Positions 10,771 to 23,147 of a DNA stretch of 64,000 nt are shown piece by piece. The notes under the pieces are model-generated. The model searched no databases and had not been told where the DNA came from. It saw nothing but the letters and a program-made list of their open reading frames with translations. Each line of letters starts with the position of its first letter. Position 1 is the stretch's first letter. The position numbers and the translations under genes were made by a program. Where the stretch lies: NCBI GenBank assembly GCA_000182565.2, contig KQ257464.1. The stretch is one strand, 5' to 3'. The stretch comes from Spizellomyces punctatus DAOM BR117. Taxonomy: Eukaryota.

Positions 10771-13700
10771 ATGATGCCGGTCGAACGCTCACCAACGCGA
10801 GGCCGCTCACCTGTGATCCAGACTCGTAGTCAGGGTCCTGCGGAGGACGTCGAAGTCCCTCCCGCAACACGCCCAAGGCGTTCAGGGACCACTTCCGTCG
10901 AACCGGAAGCCCCTAACTTGGCCACGATGGCCTCTGAAGTGGCAGCGTTAAAAGAAGACATTGCCCGCTCGACTGCTGCAACGCAGTTGGCAACTCAAAA
11001 CCTTATGGAACAGCTTCATAGGCTTTCCGAACGTCAGACAGTGGCGGATGAGCGCCTCGCACGAGCCTTAGAAGCCCTAGCGCATTGCCCGCTGCCTGAA
11101 CAACCTCCCATAGCACGAGCTACAAGAGAACGGTCCGCAACCCCGTGGGAAACGGCGGACACACCAAGGGAGCGTACCGAACCAAGTTTTTCAGGTGCGG
11201 TGCCTCCAATCCAAGTGCCAGCGGCCCTGTGGGCCAGCGACACCAAGGTCGATTCCTTGAAAGCAAAGGACGTACCCGAGTTTACGGGCAGAAGAAACCA
11301 AGACGTTGAAGAATGGCTTAACAAAGTCCAACTTCTTCAAAACATTAGTGCAACGTTGGATGCCAGGATGGTACAGCTCCTACCAGCCATGATAGCCGAG
11401 AAAACCCCTGCTGACGCTTGGTTTTACACTCTGGAAGCCCAGGAAACTCGCTCATGGACCTGGAAAAGGTGGAAAGAGGAACTGCTTCGAGAGTTCCGAG
11501 ATCCCCTAACCGAGTCCAAGCGCAAAACCGAATATGTGCGCTGCCATGCGAACCCCAAAGAATTTCGCAGCTTTCTCGCATTCATCGACCACAAAACTCA
11601 TCTCCGGCACCTCGCTTATGGCGACCGGGCAAACATAGAATGTCCCGCTGACCAGCATTTCGACCTAATAGTCGAACAATTGCCCAGCGACATCCAAATC
11701 ATGGTCAAATCCTGTAACGTCACAAATCTGACCAAATTAAAAGACTTCCTGCGCCTTTATTTCGGCTCTGATGACACCAGAAAACGAGACCCTTGCTACA
11801 GCGGTGCTGCAGAAGCTCAGAAGAAGTCACAAAAGACCAGAACCGACAAAGGCCCTAAGCAGACGGCTCCGCATAAAACCGGAAACCCCGAAAAGGGTCG
11901 CAATGGTCCTCAGAAGATGGTTCCGGACCCCAACAAGGAACCACCGGCACCCTGCAAATTCTGTCAGAAAAAGCATTGGAATGTTTTCTGCTGGCAGAAC
12001 CCGAACCGAAAAGATCCTGAAGATGGAAAGAAAGGACCATATGGAGCACCCATGCCCTCAGGTTGGAAACCCAAACAGGAATCGAAGAAGGCGTACATAG
12101 TGGAGCTGGACTCGACATCCGCTACCACCGAGACTCTTTTTTCGGCTTCGGAACTGGAAAGAACGGAAGCCACTAATCAAGGATTCCACACCATCGGGTT
12201 CTTTCATTCACCCAAGCACTCGGAATCAACAATTTTGATGACCGCACCTCTTTCCAAGGTCACGGTGACCAAGGAAGAGGACCCCCGCACGCCCACGCAG
12301 GGCTGGGACCGAGTCTGGGACAACATAGCCATCATCTGGGGCACCCCGCAAGTGGCTCTGATGATGGGCAACAACCCCCGCGCGCTCAGCTTCTTTGCCA
12401 AAGAACCGAAGCGAGGCGCCGGGCACCTCGGGAACGACCCCTATGCAGTCGCGTGGAGTTCCCACCACCTCTACATCGCTGCCGCAGCCGAAGCTGACAA
12501 GGATCGAATCCTGCGAAAGGTCCGAGAAGACGGTACCCCTCGTTTGATTCTCCTTGCCTGGATAAAGCTCGACGAGCGCGAGAAATTCTTGATGTGGAGC
12601 TCTGAAGATCCTGTTATCTTTGATGCGTACGCCAACCTGCAACTGGTGGCATTTCTCCTGACAGGCAATATCATTCGCTCAGACTATTATTATCATCGCG
12701 GAAACCCCAAATTTCGGCACGTTAAAGACCATCCACGTCTCCAAAGACACGAAGAGAGCGAACGGACGCATATAGTCATGCTGGCTATCGAACAAGTTGC
12801 TCGCCAGAATAAAACAACAAAACCACAAAACGACAAAACTAGAGAACACTTTGAGAGTGTGATCAAGGCTACGGAAGCAACAATTAACGACATCGCGCCC
12901 CATTTCGAGATCGCGGTGCCTTCTATCAACGCCTTCTACTCAGTAGATTTAGGCGATGTACTCAAAAGCCAGACTAAGACCCAAACGCAGCCTTGCTGGA
13001 CGCTAGCCGTCATCGCGCAGCTCTGGGCACCTGTGGTACTAGACACAGGGGCCTGCGAGTCTCTGATTTCCGACATGTACCAAGGCCTTCTGTTCTCCGA
13101 AACCGATTTGCAGGATGCGGAAACGATGGCTTTCAACGGCATTGGTGGACGTATCTCATCTACCAAGACAGTATGCCTCGAAACTTCCCTCAGAGGCCGT
13201 GGCGGAGAATACCTGACTTTCCGCGCCTACTTTCGGGTCATCGCGTACGGGAAACCTCTCATCATCCTAGCCAACGACGTTTTGGGACATTTGAAACTCC
13301 AAACCTTGGTTCAGGAACCCCCGTTACCCAGTTTCGCGGTGACGCTCAAGAATCCAGACATCCTTATCCCCTGCTCCATAACGGATGAGCTGGATACCGA
13401 TCACATGCGCGGCACGCCATACAAAACCAAGCAGGGTGAATTCATGAAGGATGTGTCAATGCCACGGCTGACCAAAGCCAAAGCTCAGAAGTCTAGATTA
13501 ACCATGTTAATCACGGGACAGACGCGCGTGGCAGCCCAAACTTTCCTCATCGAAAACCCTCTTGATGCCACCGCAGCTAGCACAACGGCCCCGTTAGGCC
13601 TCAAACTGTCCACCGCGACCCATAATTCGGTCGCGGACCCCGAAGAGAACATTTCCGAAGAAGAATGGCAGACACTTCGGAACAAATGGAACCTCAACTC

Positions 13701-16700
13701 TACAGAGAAGGCTCCAGGGGCCTTCGAAGCCCAATTAAAAGACGCGGAACATTTCCACGTCGATCTCAAATGACCCAAACCCGTGGTCTGGGCCCTAATC
13801 AACATTCTACGACACTTCCATCAAGCCTTCAGCTATGAGGGTCATCTCATAGGGAACTACACCAAGATTCCTTATGCGCCTCGATTTATCTCGGCTCCGC
13901 CACCCCTTTCGAGGCCACGGTCGTACTCTCCGTTGGAGCGGACAGCCCTCGAGACGGAGCGAGACACCATGATGGGGCTTCAGAGGTGGAAACGAACCAC
14001 CGAAGTAACCTTCGCCAGTGATCCTGTTATTATTCGCTACGCAGACAAACCCCCGCGGGTAGCCTTCGACTATCGCCGAGCCAACGACTGCATGGCCTGG
14101 GATCCATATCCCTTTCCCATCATGCTCGACATCCTGAACTGGATCGTCGCAGTCCCATTCCGATACATATCGGGAGGTGACGCAAACAAAGGATTTTACC
14201 AAATCGCCATCACTGATACGTCGGTACGCAAATGGCTTGCGATCAGACTCCACAATGGCATCTACGAACCACTTTTCATGCCCTTCGGACCCAAGACTGC
14301 CCCCTTGCACTTCTGTCGGGTGATGGACGACACCTTGGGTCCCTCCAAATGGCGAAATATCAACAACTTCGTCGACGATATCCATACACGAGCGGAGACA
14401 GCCGCGGAAGCCCTAGATGCCATCGCGGACTGGCTCGACCGCTTTTCCAGGGCCAAACTCACCCTAAGACTCGACAAGTGTCAATGGCTCTTTCACCAGC
14501 TCATGGCCCTCGGTTTCGTTGCCTCTTCCCAGGGCCTCGCTACCGATCCAGACAAGGTCGCAACCATAGTCGATTGGCCACGACCTAAATTTATTGGTGA
14601 CCTATGGTCCTTCATGGGTCTCCTTGGGTTCTATGCCCAATTCATCCCTCGCTACGCAGAACTCGTCCGACCCCTGCAAGACGCTATCCAAGAGGGCGTT
14701 CGTGAATACCGAGACCTTAAAAAGGGTCGCGCTGACCCAAGGAAAGGAGCTGAAAAGCTCAATTCACCGTCCATGCTTGACACGGCAGTGGCCCCAACAA
14801 TCACAGCAACCGGAGCCCGATTTGAGGTTTTGCAACATCTTAAATCTAGCTCCTCAGACCTACCGGCAGTCAATCTATGCCAATCATCGCTGGCCGACTT
14901 GCCCATTGACCCCTTTTGTGTCAGACGCCTTGCTCGCAAGCGCCCCGACCAAGGTCTGCGCAGATTTGTCGTGAAGCGTGAAGTTTCATGGACCGACTCC
15001 CGAAACTCTGCCTTCGCAGCCGCCAAGCAGGCTCTGACAACAGCTCCAGTGCTTGCGGCACCCAGAAAAGGGTTCCCCTACACCCTTCACAGTGACGCTT
15101 CCTACACAGCGTTTAATGTCACGCTCGAACAGTTACAGCCGGATGCTTCTAAACGCCCGCTGTGCTACCATTCCCGAGGCACCACCACCTCGGAAAAGAA
15201 GGCCCCACCTGTCGAACTCGAGGCCGGATGCCTCATTTGGGGCCTCGGAAAACTCTGCCCATACCTCGAAGGCCTGCCTTTCACGGTCATTACCGATCAC
15301 CGAGCTCTTTTGTGGCTCGCCAAATACAAAGGCGAGAACCGAAAGCTCCTCCGCTGGGCCCTCGATCTTAGTTACTGGTCCGAATGGATGACAATCGTAC
15401 ACAAACCAGGACGCTTCCACATAGTCGCTGATACACTTTCGCGGCTACTTGGCGCGGAAACTCTTCTTTGCTCTACCGCGACCGAAATATGGGTGTCGGA
15501 ACGCAAAGGATGACGGCCGCGCACCCCGCCAGCCAGTCCCGCACCCTCCTCAACACTGGCAGATGCCATCTTTCGTTTGGCGTTACAGCCCGCACTCATC
15601 ACCGCCATCCGCGCTGGCCTCACCGGCCCGCTCCACCCCATCGCCCAACAGGCCCGCACCCTTCTATGGGAGACCAGCCCCGACACGTACACTACCGCCG
15701 ACACACACTTTCTTCAGGACTGGCAACGTGCAGATAACCTGCTGTGGCACCGTTTTTCAGTCTCCGAAGACCTTTGGCGCCTTTACGTGCCCCCTGCTTG
15801 CACCCCTGAGGTGCGCAAGCTTTTTCACGAGGGGGGAGGACACTTCGGATTCGAAAGAACCTACGCTAGAGCTGCAGCGCAAGTCTGGTGGCCGAAAATG
15901 GCACAAGATTTCAGAAAACACTGCGCAGGATGTGAAACCTGTCAACGCTCAAAAAGGGTACCGCAACTGATTCCGGGGTTGCTGAAACCCATACCACCAG
16001 CTCCGGGACGCTGGACAGTCATCACGACTGACTTCGTAACCAAGCTCCCACTTACTTCCAGAGGGTACGACGCCTTTTGGTTAATAGCATGTAAATGCTC
16101 AAAGAGGATCCACGTATGGCCCCTCAAGAGCACTGCGACAGCTATTCAGGTCACGGAACTCTTTATAGAGCGCTACGTCCCATTGCACGGCATCCCGGAG
16201 ACCATTATCTCGGACCGCGACTCCAAATTTACGAGTCGATTTTGGCAGGAGGTCTGCAAAAACCTAAAGATTAATCAAGAGCTCACCACAGCCTACCACC
16301 CTCAAGGTGATGGACAATCAGAAAGAGACAACGCAACGGTCTTGCAGGTCCTTACCACAATGGTCAACACCCGATTAGACGACTGGGACACCTTTCTTCT
16401 GGTTGCGGAATTCATTATCAACGATACAGTACACGAGGCGACAAAAATGACGCGATTCAGAATGGACCTAGGCTATGAGCCCCACAATCCACTGGCAGAC
16501 ATCGTCGAAAGGCCGTCGGAAACCAGAAATGCAGATGCGGAAGAGCTCTGTAAACACCTCGGCGACCTAAACATCCTTATCCGAGATCTGATGATCGAAG
16601 CCCAGGATTCGCAGAAAAGATATTACGATTTATCGCGACGACATTTGGAGTTCCGGAGAGGAGATAAGGTGCTTCTGAGCACGAAAAACCTAGCAGGGTA

Positions 16701-18027
16701 TGAGTCCAAGATCGCTCCGAAATGGCTGGGACCAGTCACGGTGACCGACTGTAACCCTCTCCGTGACAACTACGAGTTAAAACTGCCAGACAAGATGAGA
16801 CGACTTCATCCATGGTTTCACATATCGAAATTACGTCCATACCAGAAGCCTGTCGACGCCGAAACTGAGGAAAAGGTCACGGAAGCACAAGCGGAGGATT
16901 CCGATGCTTCAGATGGTGAGTTTGAAGTGGAAGCGATAGTAGACCATCGAACCAGGCGCGGAAAACGTCAATTTCGAATACGTTGGTCCGGATACCCACC
17001 CCATGAGGATACCTGGGAACCAGAGGAAGCCCTAACAGAGGCTTCCAAAGCCTTAGAAGAGTACTGGAGATCCAGAGCTCCCACTAGCGCGCTAGTAGAG
17101 GACTCTTTGGTAGTCAGCCTTGCAGGCGACACCCCGGAAGATACGGCTTATGCTTCCGACCACCAATGCTTCGCGGTTTATCCGGACGATAGCTCACGTG
17201 ATAATCACGCCCTCTCACCAGAAAGAAAACCAGTTTTGCGTGGCTTACCTCACCAGTCGAGAACGCCACACCAAGCCTCCCGATCACGCTTACGCGCGTC
17301 CAAGCTGTCAAAATCAGCCGGCGACGACCTTAAAAGGACGCCCCTGCACGCTCCCCCTCTTTTTTCTTCTTCAACCGCCCACGACCTACTTCCCTTACAC
17401 ACTCACTCTGCTTTGCAAACCCCTTCTATTGACACCGAAACTAAAACTTCCATTTCTAACACAATGAACACCGATCTCAGAGGACAAGCAGGAGTGAGCG
17501 TACCCTCCACGTACATGTCCGGCTACCCTTGGGAGGAAGACTCGGGCGACTTCGAGGCCGAGGGCGTGCTGGATCGCCTTGGGGTTGCGATCGCTACCTG
17601 GGTTCACTCCTGGGTTCATCAGCTTCAGACCAACCCCAACGCGCCGCTGCAGACTCCAGGGCATGAGTTTTGGCTGGGAGTCGACGCTCCGAAACCTTAC
17701 GCAGTGGGCCAGCCCCTCACAAACCACATCGCGGACCCCTACAGCAAGGCCACCGATGGTGGTGAAGCAGCAGTCGGAATAGTTGCCGATGCGAAAAAAC
17801 CCGGAAAAAGAGGGCGCCCAGCTCCGTGCGCCGCTTGGCTCGACCGCGGGGTTCCCCAACACGAGGCGGGAAGCCGAAAAACGGCTCCGTTCACCGATTG
17901 GCCGAACGACGACGCCCACGAGTTTGCGTCCGCCGTCATTGAAGCAGCTAGGACGGTGCTCCTAAGGACGGCGAACGCAGCGGAAGCCTCTGCAAGGCTC
18001 ACCAGACCCCGACATCACGAGCACGCG
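10771..18027 (+). pseudogene. Single-frame Gag-Pol polyprotein (zinc knuckle, protease, RT, RNase H, integrase, chromodomain) with two TGA stops; frame resumes at 33219-33440
   Basis: Motifs CKFCQKKHWNVFC, VLDTGA, FVDDI, LHSDAS, H-H-C-C, TDF/SDRD/SER and FEVEAIVDHR...WSGY...DTWEP. The three ORFs share one frame, with stops at 13771 and 15511. Confidence 0.92.
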
Positions 18028-18322
18028 TGCTGCAAGTGGTCACAGAATGGCGAAGAACGGAAGCTCTTGCTACATGTTCTCCCTACATAGCATTTTTATG
18101 AGAAAAGAGGGGGGACACAAAATACACTCCATGATTTTTGGGAAAAAGCTGTATAAATTTGGTTCAATTGATGAAAAAGATAGAACTAAATAGAAATATG
18201 CATCTGTTTAAATGGCCTCGTTGGTTTCCTGCTGAAAAACTGGTTGCATATTTCATGTAGGCAACTCAGGCGTCAGAACTCATCCCATCTCAACATTACC
18301 TTCGAGGCATACCAGCCGGGAT
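18028..18322 (+). repeat. Left terminal inverted repeat of the inner element
   Basis: Reverse complement of 32918-33212 with 2 mismatches, both at CpG. Confidence 0.95.
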
Positions 18323-18346
18323 CCTCATGTCCGTTCTTCAAACGGA

Positions 18347-19477
18347 CTACATCTGCGCCGGCATCTTCCGCCGCGGGATTTCTATGTGCGAAAATGTACC
18401 CTTCGGATGAACTTTTAACTTTTTCTGCTGCGCACGAGTACGAGCGGGCTGGATTCGGACAGGTATCAAGTCTTCAAGTTCTCTTGCTGCCTGCTTTTGC
18501 AAACGATCCCTTTTTTGTAATGCGGCTGCAACTTTGATTGTAACTGGTTCCTCGGTTTTGATGAGTTCATTATAGTTGAAAATTCGATCGGGAATCCCCT
18601 CTACCACATATCTATATGACCGCAGTTTGTCGAATGGTTTAATGACTTTCCCAATCTGATAAACATTGCTAGAGAAATTTTCTCGATGTGCCTTTTTGAA
18701 CACATTGCCTTCATGTTTGACACGAACATGATCACCGATGGAGAATATTTCAGGTTCTTTCTGATGCATCTTCTCCCAGTATCTTTCCAAGTTTATCAAT
18801 GCCTTATACGGTTTCTCGATTGCTTCATGGGGAGACATCCCAATACCGCGATGTTCTCGCCTGTTAATCATTGATACAAGTTCATTGAGAAAATCCAGCC
18901 ACCGCTTGTCGCCTTTATGAGTAAGAACTCGACCGATGGCTGACTTTACCGTTTTGATCATTCGTTCTGCTTCAAAGGCCATGTATATGATACGATGTTC
19001 TATTGCATAATCCCTCATGAGATCTTTGAATCCCCCTGACATGTATGCTCCACCAGTGTCAGTAACGATTTTGTTGGGTCTCATTTTATAAGTCTTTAGC
19101 GAACGATCGAGAATATATCGCATTGCGGAACATACGGAAGTCTCGTCCAATTTCTTCAATGGTTGTGTAAATACCATCTTTGAAAACTTGTCCACGCATA
19201 CCAAAATATGAGAACATCCTTTATTCTGACGAGGGTAAGCGTCCGATCCTAAAGCGAGACAATCGCTTTCCCAAACATCAAATGGTGCATATGTACGCTG
19301 AACGTTCAGGTTCAGCCTCTTCTTTTTTCGATGTATTTGATGAGTACGTTCTTTCTCCAGAAATGACTTTATGTCTTTCAAGGACAAGTCTGTCCCTTGT
19401 CTCTTCAGCATATTCTTCAAGCCGGATGCTCCTACCGGAGCTCCAGGCGTGTAATACAACTTCCGGAGTTCCTCCAT
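18347..19477 (-). CDS. Retroviral-like DDE integrase (Polinton type)
   Basis: WESD...LVCVDKFSK...IVTDTG...AERMIKTVK...INRREHRGIGMSP...FSIGDHVRV. Confidence 0.9.
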   Translation of the reverse strand: MEELRKLYYTPGAPVGASGLKNMLKRQGTDLSLKDIKSFLEKERTHQIHRKKKRLNLNVQRTYAPFDVWESDCLALGSDAYPRQNKGCSHILVCVDKFSKMVFTQPLKKLDETSVCSAMRYILDRSLKTYKMRPNKIVTDTGGAYMSGGFKDLMRDYAIEHRIIYMAFEAERMIKTVKSAIGRVLTHKGDKRWLDFLNELVSMINRREHRGIGMSPHEAIEKPYKALINLERYWEKMHQKEPEIFSIGDHVRVKHEGNVFKKAHRENFSSNVYQIGKVIKPFDKLRSYRYVVEGIPDRIFNYNELIKTEEPVTIKVAAALQKRDRLQKQAARELEDLIPVRIQPARTRAQQKKLKVHPKGTFSHIEIPRRKMPAQM

Positions 19478-19746
19478 ATTTGTATGTAACGCTTAATTTA
19501 TTTCATATAGAATTGTTTTACAGCATCGTTCGTTCTTTTTTGTTTTCGTCTATTCTCTGAAATGTCTAATGGTGCAAGATTTTCATAGTGATTTGATCCG
19601 CCTGTTTCTTGCACGAGCAGCCGCTCTAAGTCCTTTATTCGGCATGGCCGATACGTTGACGAGTTTTCGATGTGTTTTTGTCATATTCTTCTTGAGGCTT
19701 ACCTAACCAAAGCTTAGAAAAAATCATCGTGGTTCCTGTTGTTGAA

Positions 19747-21135
19747 CTATGCTGGTAACAAGCGAACACCATCACGGTCGATGCGCATCTCATGGTCAGT
19801 TGTCCAGAAAACATGGAATGTCTTGTCCTTGAATGTCTGAATATAATCAGGGTTAGCCGTAGTACCATCCGCTAGAGTAGGGCTTGGAAAATCGGCTACT
19901 TCCGGAGGGTTGGGATATTGACTCACATTGATGAGAATATGCCCATCGGCTAGAGTATTCAAACCACCGCCGATCATATCTGGACTTTGCTTGAAATTTT
20001 GCCTCCATGACCAATGCTGTATCTTTTTGCCTGCTAGTGCCCATCCTTCCAAATCGGACATAGTGGGGGCAAATCGCACATCATTGAAATCTTTATTACG
20101 TTGGCTTAATGCATACATTTCAGGATCTACAGTAGGTATAATATTAGTACCAGCACGAGCGGAACCGTTGGCAATCGCTTTTCCCTCAGGGAACCGCTGC
20201 GTACCCACCTGGATACTAACTGTTCTAATCCCAGCATCTTCACTGAAATTCAATTTGTCTACATCAGTTCGAACATTGTCAGTTGTCACCAACATCAATG
20301 ACGAAACAGAGGACTGCTCACCAGTCACAAGTGACAATTGCTGTACGCGACTGGCTTGCCCAGCAAACTCCTGACTCCACACAACTTGCATGGGGATGGT
20401 CAAGTATTCGTTGCTCTCCATTAGGCTAAGGATCTTGTTGTAGTATTCGGGTATGGGCTCGGCGAACTGGCAAATGAGTTCGTTCTGGACAATCTTGAAT
20501 GAATCTATTCCTGTGGATGTGGGGAAAATTTTGGCAAGTTCACTCTCTGCGGTCATCTCGACCTGGACACCACCTTTGACAAGACAGAGAGGGAAAGCCA
20601 CTTCATTTTGAAAGAATGACAGCGATGAGCCAGTGACAGTGTATGCCCTGTTTTTAGCAACCACTGCTGAACAGTCGTTAGCCACATCACTCGAATAATA
20701 TTCACATTGCCCAAGATGTTGTTTGGTTTCCCACGATGTTAGAGCGTTTTCATGTGCGGTGAACAAATTATAATCATTGAGATCTTCGATGATCCTTCCA
20801 TTAATAAGAACACTTTGGCGTTTCCATACAGCATCTGTTCCTGATTGACATAGCCTGTGGGTTGCAGTGGCAGAAACGATTTCCTGTCTATTTGCATCAA
20901 GCCCTACGACACGATATTTATGTAAGGTTTCATTCACAAGCCAAAAATGCTTGTCATCGGCTATTTTAAAAGTGATTTTGCTGCCAAAGTTACAGTCACC
21001 CGATCCGTTGGTAGGCTCGAAGCGAACCTGACTAGATGGCTGAAAATTCAGCACAACCCCGTTCTTGGCATTGCGCTTATACGTAAAGACGTTTGGGACT
21101 CGTCGAACCTCAGTTACCTGAATTCCTGAAGACAT
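19747..21135 (-). CDS. Major capsid protein (double jelly-roll, PLV type), inner element
   Basis: 462-aa beta-rich ORF next to the ATPase and minor capsid genes; motifs FGSKITFKI, INGRIIEDLNDY, FPLCLVKGGVQVEM. Confidence 0.8.
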   Translation of the reverse strand: MSSGIQVTEVRRVPNVFTYKRNAKNGVVLNFQPSSQVRFEPTNGSGDCNFGSKITFKIADDKHFWLVNETLHKYRVVGLDANRQEIVSATATHRLCQSGTDAVWKRQSVLINGRIIEDLNDYNLFTAHENALTSWETKQHLGQCEYYSSDVANDCSAVVAKNRAYTVTGSSLSFFQNEVAFPLCLVKGGVQVEMTAESELAKIFPTSTGIDSFKIVQNELICQFAEPIPEYYNKILSLMESNEYLTIPMQVVWSQEFAGQASRVQQLSLVTGEQSSVSSLMLVTTDNVRTDVDKLNFSEDAGIRTVSIQVGTQRFPEGKAIANGSARAGTNIIPTVDPEMYALSQRNKDFNDVRFAPTMSDLEGWALAGKKIQHWSWRQNFKQSPDMIGGGLNTLADGHILINVSQYPNPPEVADFPSPTLADGTTANPDYIQTFKDKTFHVFWTTDHEMRIDRDGVRLLPA

Positions 21136-21315
21136 TGTGGTTTAACTTACACATCTAGAAAAAAAAAACGTCACTTTTTAAGAAAAAGTGACATCAAAAA
21201 TTGTGCCTTTCGGAAAGGAGTTTGCTGTCCTAAATAGCCTGAACTCAGTCGGTGTAGCTTAACAAGTTACAATGGTTGTCAAAGCGAGGGGGTCAAAGGG
21301 GGACAGCCTATCCCC

Positions 21316-21987
21316 CTACGAAAAACCAACTCTAAACGGTCTTTTCGAACTTTGTAGATTTATGTGCACAAAATGAAATGGTTTCTTTGTATTATCCATA
21401 ATGAACTTTTCAAATACATCTTCAGGTAAAGCGAGAGATAAGCCTGATTCGATCATTTTCTTAAGTTCGCTTTTCAAAGGTCTAAAAATGATCCAGTTCG
21501 TCACATTGCTACGGACAGCGGGACTATTGTGATAAAAATATTGACTCGACAGGATGCAGGTGATTCCAGCGTGTCTACCCCGTGTAGCCAACTCATCGAG
21601 TGACTTCTTATGTCCTTTCTGCATATTGTAGTCATCTATGATAAGAAGTAAATCTCGTTTTCTTCCGCTTCGAACAAATTCATAAAGTTGCTCTTCGTGT
21701 ATAAAATTGAGTATTTCATTGGAAATCTTGTCAAATATATGAACCTTTTTGCTCGTTCTTAAAGGGTTCCAATTGGTGTCATGCGGATTTGGTGTGAATA
21801 TTATGATATTCGAATACTGCTTCTTCAAGAACAATTTGCATATCACAGCAATGTTTAGCGTTTTACCGCTAAATCGAGCGCCATTGTATACGATAAAACC
21901 ATACTTTCTAGGAAGCCGTGGATCTGTATTATCCTTTATTCGTCCAGAGACTTGACTAGGTAAGGGGGCAATTGTGATTGGCTTCAT
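21316..21987 (-). CDS. A32/FtsK-HerA-type genome packaging ATPase
   Basis: Walker A GARFSGKT, Walker B LLIIDD, RGRH arginine motif, SSQY, VRSN. Confidence 0.92.
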   Translation of the reverse strand: MKPITIAPLPSQVSGRIKDNTDPRLPRKYGFIVYNGARFSGKTLNIAVICKLFLKKQYSNIIIFTPNPHDTNWNPLRTSKKVHIFDKISNEILNFIHEEQLYEFVRSGRKRDLLLIIDDYNMQKGHKKSLDELATRGRHAGITCILSSQYFYHNSPAVRSNVTNWIIFRPLKSELKKMIESGLSLALPEDVFEKFIMDNTKKPFHFVHINLQSSKRPFRVGFS

Positions 21988-22035
21988 TGCACTTGTTTTT
22001 TATTTGCTCTCTGTATCTATAATACATTAGAAGAA

Positions 22036-22779
22036 ATGAAAAAGTTGATTCTCGATAGCAACAGAGCGACGAACGGAAACAGGAATGAACCTAAATGGAC
22101 TCTAGCCGAACCCATTGCATGTGATAAAATTCGATACAATTCGATCATTTTGCCCCTTTCGTGGGACATAGTAAACGACAAGAACAATATTGTCTCCTTT
22201 TATGATGCTGGGATGGGTAATGCTGCAAGGACTTTCGTTATACCTCCTGGTACTTACTCTCCAGATGATTTAGTGGATGCACTGACTGCTGGATTCAACT
22301 CTACAGGGACGCAAGCATACACTGTAGAATACAATCATATAAACAATCAAATCACAGTGACCGCGGGTACAACACCATTCAAAGTTCTCTACCCTCAAAC
22401 CACAGCAAGCAAACTGCTCGGATTAGTTCAGACGCAGCAATCTGACCCTGGGAGATCAATAACTTTTGCAAATCCAATCGATTTGACAGGTGTTAAGATG
22501 GTGCTCGTAGCCTCATCTAACATAAGGTCAAATGATGTCATTTATGCAGGCGCAGATGATTTAAATATCATTGCCTCTATTCCGGTGTCGCAAGAAATTG
22601 AAACTGTCCTATGTGCGCAGAATTATTTTGACACCGACTTCATTGACACAGAGTCTGGCCTTGTTAGTACGATCGACATCCGTTTGCTTGATGCAGAAAC
22701 ATTGCTACCCTTGGATCTACAGGGCAAAGGGTTCACTTTAGTTCTCGATTGTCATTCCTCCGGCTTTCCAGATGATTAA
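22036..22779 (+). CDS. Minor capsid (penton, single jelly-roll) protein
   Basis: N-terminal LILDS, IPPGTYS and C-terminal IDIRLLD...LDLQG...FTLVL pattern typical of PLV/virophage pentons. Confidence 0.8.
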   Translation: MKKLILDSNRATNGNRNEPKWTLAEPIACDKIRYNSIILPLSWDIVNDKNNIVSFYDAGMGNAARTFVIPPGTYSPDDLVDALTAGFNSTGTQAYTVEYNHINNQITVTAGTTPFKVLYPQTTASKLLGLVQTQQSDPGRSITFANPIDLTGVKMVLVASSNIRSNDVIYAGADDLNIIASIPVSQEIETVLCAQNYFDTDFIDTESGLVSTIDIRLLDAETLLPLDLQGKGFTLVLDCHSSGFPDD

Positions 22780-22806
22780 TTTTTTTTCATTTGGAACATG
22801 TAAAAG

Positions 22807-23124
22807 ATGTTGCATCAAAAATTCGCAAACTTTCTCTCAAGTGCAAAAAACTTTGGTCTTAGAGCGCTGAACAGTTATAACAAAGTTAACAATGGTATTA
22901 GACAATTTGTTGCCCATGCTGGACAAGCCAAAGATATCTATGGGAAAGTTCATCAATCTCTTGTCCATGACGAATCTGTACCCATCAAAGTAAGAGAGAC
23001 AATTTCACGAGGACGAGGCTATATCGATGATCTCCATAAAGGTCTAGGGCGGGGCTATGAGATTCAACAAAATTTTGATTCAGCCTTAAGGAAATCGCTT
23101 CCTGTTGAATTAGCGGGGTATTAA
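22807..23124 (+). CDS. Small amphipathic virion-protein candidate
   Basis: 105 aa with FANFLSSAKNFGLRALNSY amphipathic helix; lies directly after the penton; homolog at 2789..3088. Confidence 0.6.
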   Translation: MLHQKFANFLSSAKNFGLRALNSYNKVNNGIRQFVAHAGQAKDIYGKVHQSLVHDESVPIKVRETISRGRGYIDDLHKGLGRGYEIQQNFDSALRKSLPVELAGY

Positions 23125-23147
23125 TGCTACTTTTAGAAAAAGTAGCG

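Noticed and set aside
13771-15513. Programmed stop-codon readthrough or an alternative genetic code for TGA
   Set aside because: The stops fit CGA>TGA decay seen across the island, and host genes use TGA as a normal stop.
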